This document shows positions 61,048 to 64,000 of a stretch of DNA of 64,000 nt, piece by piece. The stretch's first letter is position 1; each line of letters begins with the position of its first letter. Origin of the DNA: Candidatus Velthaea sp. (lineage in GTDB: Bacteria > Vulcanimicrobiota > Vulcanimicrobiia > Vulcanimicrobiales > Vulcanimicrobiaceae); contig CBDCCS010000002.1 in the NCBI GenBank assembly GCA_965214935.1, forward strand, positions 1-64,000. Reading direction: 5' to 3'. Under the pieces are notes generated by a model, which saw only the letters and a program-made list of their open reading frames with translations, did no database searches and was not told where the DNA came from. A program made the position numbers and the translations under genes.

Positions 61048-61889
61048 ATCGAATCGCCTGGGCCTTTGTCGGTCTGCACGCCCTCGCATTGCTCTTAGGC
61101 CTCTTCGGTCTGCTCGTTGCGATTCCACATCCCGAGCTGTGGGCCGGACATCCGGACGACATGGCCTTCTTCGCCTTCGCGATCAATAAGACGGGTGGCA
61201 CGGGGATGGTACTGGGCGCCGTCGCGATGATCGCCTTCGGCATTGCCGCGCTGGGTGCACGCCGGACGCTGCTGTTTTTTGCAGCAGCTTGCGTGATTTC
61301 GGCAACGGCCGAGTTGACCGGTACGAAAACCGGCTGGCCCTTCGGCGGCTATGAGTATACCGACTTTCTGGGTTACAAGCTGCTGGGTCGCGTTCCGTTC
61401 GCCATCCCGCTGTCATGGTTTTACATGGGCTTCGCATCGCTGCTCATAGCCGATTCGATCGCCGCAGCGCGCGGCTGGCGCAATCGTACGCTGTGGGCGA
61501 TCGTCCTCGGTGCGTACCTGCTTACCGCTTGGGATCTTGTCCTGGATCCGTCGATGGCTGCACCGCAGCTAGCCTACATCCACTTCTGGGTGTGGCACGA
61601 ACACGGACCGTATTTCGGCATGCCGCTGCGTAATTTGGCCGGCTGGTTCGGCACCGGCCTGGCGTTTATTGCCGTCGGGCGCTTACTGTGGCGCGATCGC
61701 GTGACGCCCGTCGCGGCTCCGTGGCTGCCGTTTGCCGTTTACGCAACTAACGTCGTGTGGTCGATGGTGCTGAGCTTGTCGGCAGGGATGTGGCAGACGG
61801 CGCTCGCGGCGGTCATCTTCAGCCTCGTCCCGGCGGCACTTGCGGTGATCCCGCCCGCGGTACGCAGCGAGCGCTTCGCTAAGGCGTAA
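61044..61889 (+). CDS. cruF: Carotenoid biosynthesis protein (CruF-like 1,2-hydratase)
   Basis: EL.G..TG.PFG.Y.Y...LG.K....VP..IP..W, WDL..DP, W.W...G..FG.P..N..GW. Confidence 0.82.
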   Translation: MNRIAWAFVGLHALALLLGLFGLLVAIPHPELWAGHPDDMAFFAFAINKTGGTGMVLGAVAMIAFGIAALGARRTLLFFAAACVISATAELTGTKTGWPFGGYEYTDFLGYKLLGRVPFAIPLSWFYMGFASLLIADSIAAARGWRNRTLWAIVLGAYLLTAWDLVLDPSMAAPQLAYIHFWVWHEHGPYFGMPLRNLAGWFGTGLAFIAVGRLLWRDRVTPVAAPWLPFAVYATNVVWSMVLSLSAGMWQTALAAVIFSLVPAALAVIPPAVRSERFAKA

Positions 61890-61895
61890 TCGGCA

Positions 61896-62558
61896 ATTTA
61901 CCCGCCGCTCGGTCAGTTCGGCCCGCGGGCGATCTCCGCGTGGGGAATTCGCACGAAAACCGCCCGAGTCGTGCTCGAGGGCAGTGAATACCTGCCGCAA
62001 CGCGGTCCGGTGGTCATCGTAGCGCGGCATTACCATCATCTGCTCGACGGCGCGGTTCTTGTTTCGCGCTTAAAGCGTCCGGTCCACATCGTCGTCGCGC
62101 TCGATTGGACGGTGGACGCGCGGCAGCGAACCTGGATGGAACGCGCCTGTCGCGCAGCGCAATATCCGATCGTGCTACGCCGGCCGAGTCTGTCGACAAG
62201 CGGTGCGTACCGGCCCGACGAGCTGCTGCGCTACACCCGCAATGCCTTGCGCGAGACGACCCGGCTGCTGCGCGCCGGCCGCGTCGTGGTCGTGTTTGCC
62301 GAAGGTTATCCGAATGTCGATCCGAGTGGCCGGCAAAAACGCGGCGCAGATGACTGGCTGCCCTTCGAATCCGGGTTTCTGCGTATGATCGGCCTCGCCG
62401 AACGTGACGGTAAGACGCAGGTTTCGCTGGTGCCGGTCGGCTTTCACTACGAATGGCACGAGCGCTGGTCGATCACGGCGCGCATGGGACCGCCGCTTCG
62501 TCGTGACGAGCGGCAAATCGCGACGATCGAACAAGCGGTGCGGCGTCTCTCCACGTAA
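61896..62558 (+). CDS. PlsC-family acyltransferase (start uncertain: ATT 61896 or GTG 61971)
   Basis: EG.E.LP..GP....A.H.H..LD (HxxxxD), VFAEG, VPVG. Confidence 0.78.
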   Translation: MYPPLGQFGPRAISAWGIRTKTARVVLEGSEYLPQRGPVVIVARHYHHLLDGAVLVSRLKRPVHIVVALDWTVDARQRTWMERACRAAQYPIVLRRPSLSTSGAYRPDELLRYTRNALRETTRLLRAGRVVVVFAEGYPNVDPSGRQKRGADDWLPFESGFLRMIGLAERDGKTQVSLVPVGFHYEWHERWSITARMGPPLRRDERQIATIEQAVRRLST

Positions 62559-63744
62559 TTCGCAAGTCGCTGCAATCGCCGGCAGCATTACGGCAATCGT
62601 TGCCGGCGGACTCGTACTATTCATCGAGATGTGGACCGTCGTTCCGGCGCCGACGCTGCCGCTTCTCGCCTTGGCGGTTTTGGTGCCGGAACTAAGCCCG
62701 TGGCTGAGCGTGTGCTGCATCGCGGCCGGCGCGATCGCGCAGTTCGCAGCGCGCAGCTGGGCTCGTGACGTCGGCGTTCTATGCGCGGCGGCGGCACTGG
62801 GTTTTGCGCTGTTGCCGTGGGGCTTATTACCCGTCACGATCGCCCGCTGCGACCGCGAGATGCAAATAGCTTTGGGCGCCGGCGCCGTTGCGCGTGCATC
62901 GCCGAGCCCGCCGCGACTCAGCCGAGCGTATTCGCTCGGCCTGGCCCTGGTCGGCGATCGGGATGCCGCGCCGGTGACGGCGCTTTACGAACGCCCGGTA
63001 GAACTGCGCGACGGACGACGCTTATTTCTCGACGTCTACGCGCCGCCGACGCCCGGCCTGCACCCGGCGATCGTGATCGTGTATGGCGGCGCCTGGATTT
63101 TCGGCAGCCGGGCCGACAGCGCAGCCATTGCGCAGACGTACGCCCGCGACGGCTATACTGCCGTTGCCATCGATTACCGGCATGCACCGGCGTACCGCTA
63201 TCCGACGCAGATAAACGATGTCCGCGATGCGCTTGGGGCGATCGCTCGCCACGCAGCGGCCTGGCAGATTGACGTCGGGCGCGTTGCGCTGCTAGGCCGC
63301 AGCGCCGGTGCGCAATTGGCGTTGCTGGCGGCGTATCTGCCGGAGCCGGTTCCGATTCGAGCAGTCGTTGCTTACTACGCCCCGACCGATTTAATCGGCG
63401 GCTATCGCGATCCGCCGGATCCCGATCCGGCCGACGTCGACCGGATTCTACGCGCTTACATCGGCGGGACGCCCGAGGAACGGAACGGCGCGTACGTCGC
63501 GGCTTCGCCGTTGCGGCACGTACGAGCCGGCTTACCTCCGACGCTGCTCATCGGCGGTGGACGTGATGAGCTCGTGCGACTTGCTTTCGCGCATGAACTG
63601 CGCGCTGCACTGCGCGAACGGCGGAACCGCGTTGCAGCCTTGGACATTCCATGGAGCAATCACGCTTTTGATACAATTCCGAACGGAACGGGGGGACAAC
63701 TGGCACGCTACTATACCGAACGGTTTTTGGCATCCGAATTATAA
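62503..63744 (+). CDS. Membrane-anchored alpha/beta hydrolase (esterase)
   Basis: N-terminal transmembrane helices; LDVY.P, YGGAW..G, IDYR.AP, GRSAG, G..D.LV, H.FD. Start codon uncertain. Confidence 0.85.
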   Translation: MTSGKSRRSNKRCGVSPRNSQVAAIAGSITAIVAGGLVLFIEMWTVVPAPTLPLLALAVLVPELSPWLSVCCIAAGAIAQFAARSWARDVGVLCAAAALGFALLPWGLLPVTIARCDREMQIALGAGAVARASPSPPRLSRAYSLGLALVGDRDAAPVTALYERPVELRDGRRLFLDVYAPPTPGLHPAIVIVYGGAWIFGSRADSAAIAQTYARDGYTAVAIDYRHAPAYRYPTQINDVRDALGAIARHAAAWQIDVGRVALLGRSAGAQLALLAAYLPEPVPIRAVVAYYAPTDLIGGYRDPPDPDPADVDRILRAYIGGTPEERNGAYVAASPLRHVRAGLPPTLLIGGGRDELVRLAFAHELRAALRERRNRVAALDIPWSNHAFDTIPNGTGGQLARYYTERFLASEL

Positions 63745-63816
63745 TGTACGCCGCGCGATGCCGGCGAATAAACTGCGTTGCGATACGAGCAGCGCAGAAT
63801 CGGGTACATTGCGCGC

Positions 63817-64000
63817 ATGCTCAACGACGTCGGAAGTCTCGTTGCCCGTCTCGCACTCGGCGGCAGTATTGCGGCGCACGGTGCTCAAAAAGCTTGGGGG
63901 GCGTTCGGGGGGCCCGGACCGCAAGGTGCCGCGATGTTCATGGAAAGCTTGGGCTTCATGCCCGGAGCACGGTACGCGGGTGCCGCTTCCGGCAGCGAAC
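63817..64000 (+). CDS. DoxX-family membrane protein (partial)
   Basis: My translation: MLNDVGSLVARLALGGSIAAHGAQKAWGAFGGPGPQGAAMFMESLGF.PG; runs off the window. Confidence 0.8.
   Translation, partial: MLNDVGSLVARLALGGSIAAHGAQKAWGAFGGPGPQGAAMFMESLGFMPGARYAGAASGSE

Noticed and set aside
1..64000. CRISPR arrays, tRNA/rRNA genes, IS elements, integrases, prophage
   Set aside because: I saw no regularly spaced repeats, RNA gene signatures or transposase/integrase motifs by eye. A short RNA could have been missed.

Overview
GC-rich bacterial chromosome segment. It looks diderm (TonB-dependent receptor, Wza-like exporter) but has Terrabacteria-like ribosomal proteins and a GAAC-N4-GTTC LexA-type box; a lineage such as Eremiobacterota/Vulcanimicrobiota is my guess and is unverified. 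Layout: (1) 1-11.7 kb, minus strand: rpsL-rpsG-fusA-tuf-rpsJ, then about 6.3 kb separating rpsJ from rplC that carries a GntR/UTRA regulator, a small SRPBCC-like gene and an alphaproteobacterial-style nadQ-nadA-nadB-nadC cassette with its operator. rplC has its own sigma70 promoter and a structured leader. (2) 11.9-51.6 kb: a Wzx/Wzy-type surface polysaccharide region of about 40 kb, with 10 GT2/GT4 glycosyltransferases, a priming transferase, Wza/Wzc-like export genes, a six-gene amino-sugar operon, three paralogous secreted clan GH-A hydrolases and an FkbH-ACP-hexapeptide acyltransferase module. (3) 51.6-59.7 kb: Tag-like glycosylase, a small protein resembling the primase PriL C-terminal domain behind a perfect LexA-type box, a two-component system, an atypical TonB-dependent receptor and recQ. 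(4) 59.9-64 kb: carotenoid modification genes (GT2, CruF, acyltransferase), an esterase and a partial DoxX gene. I saw no rRNA, tRNA, CRISPR array, transposase or integrase. All calls come from reading motifs by eye; no database searches were run.
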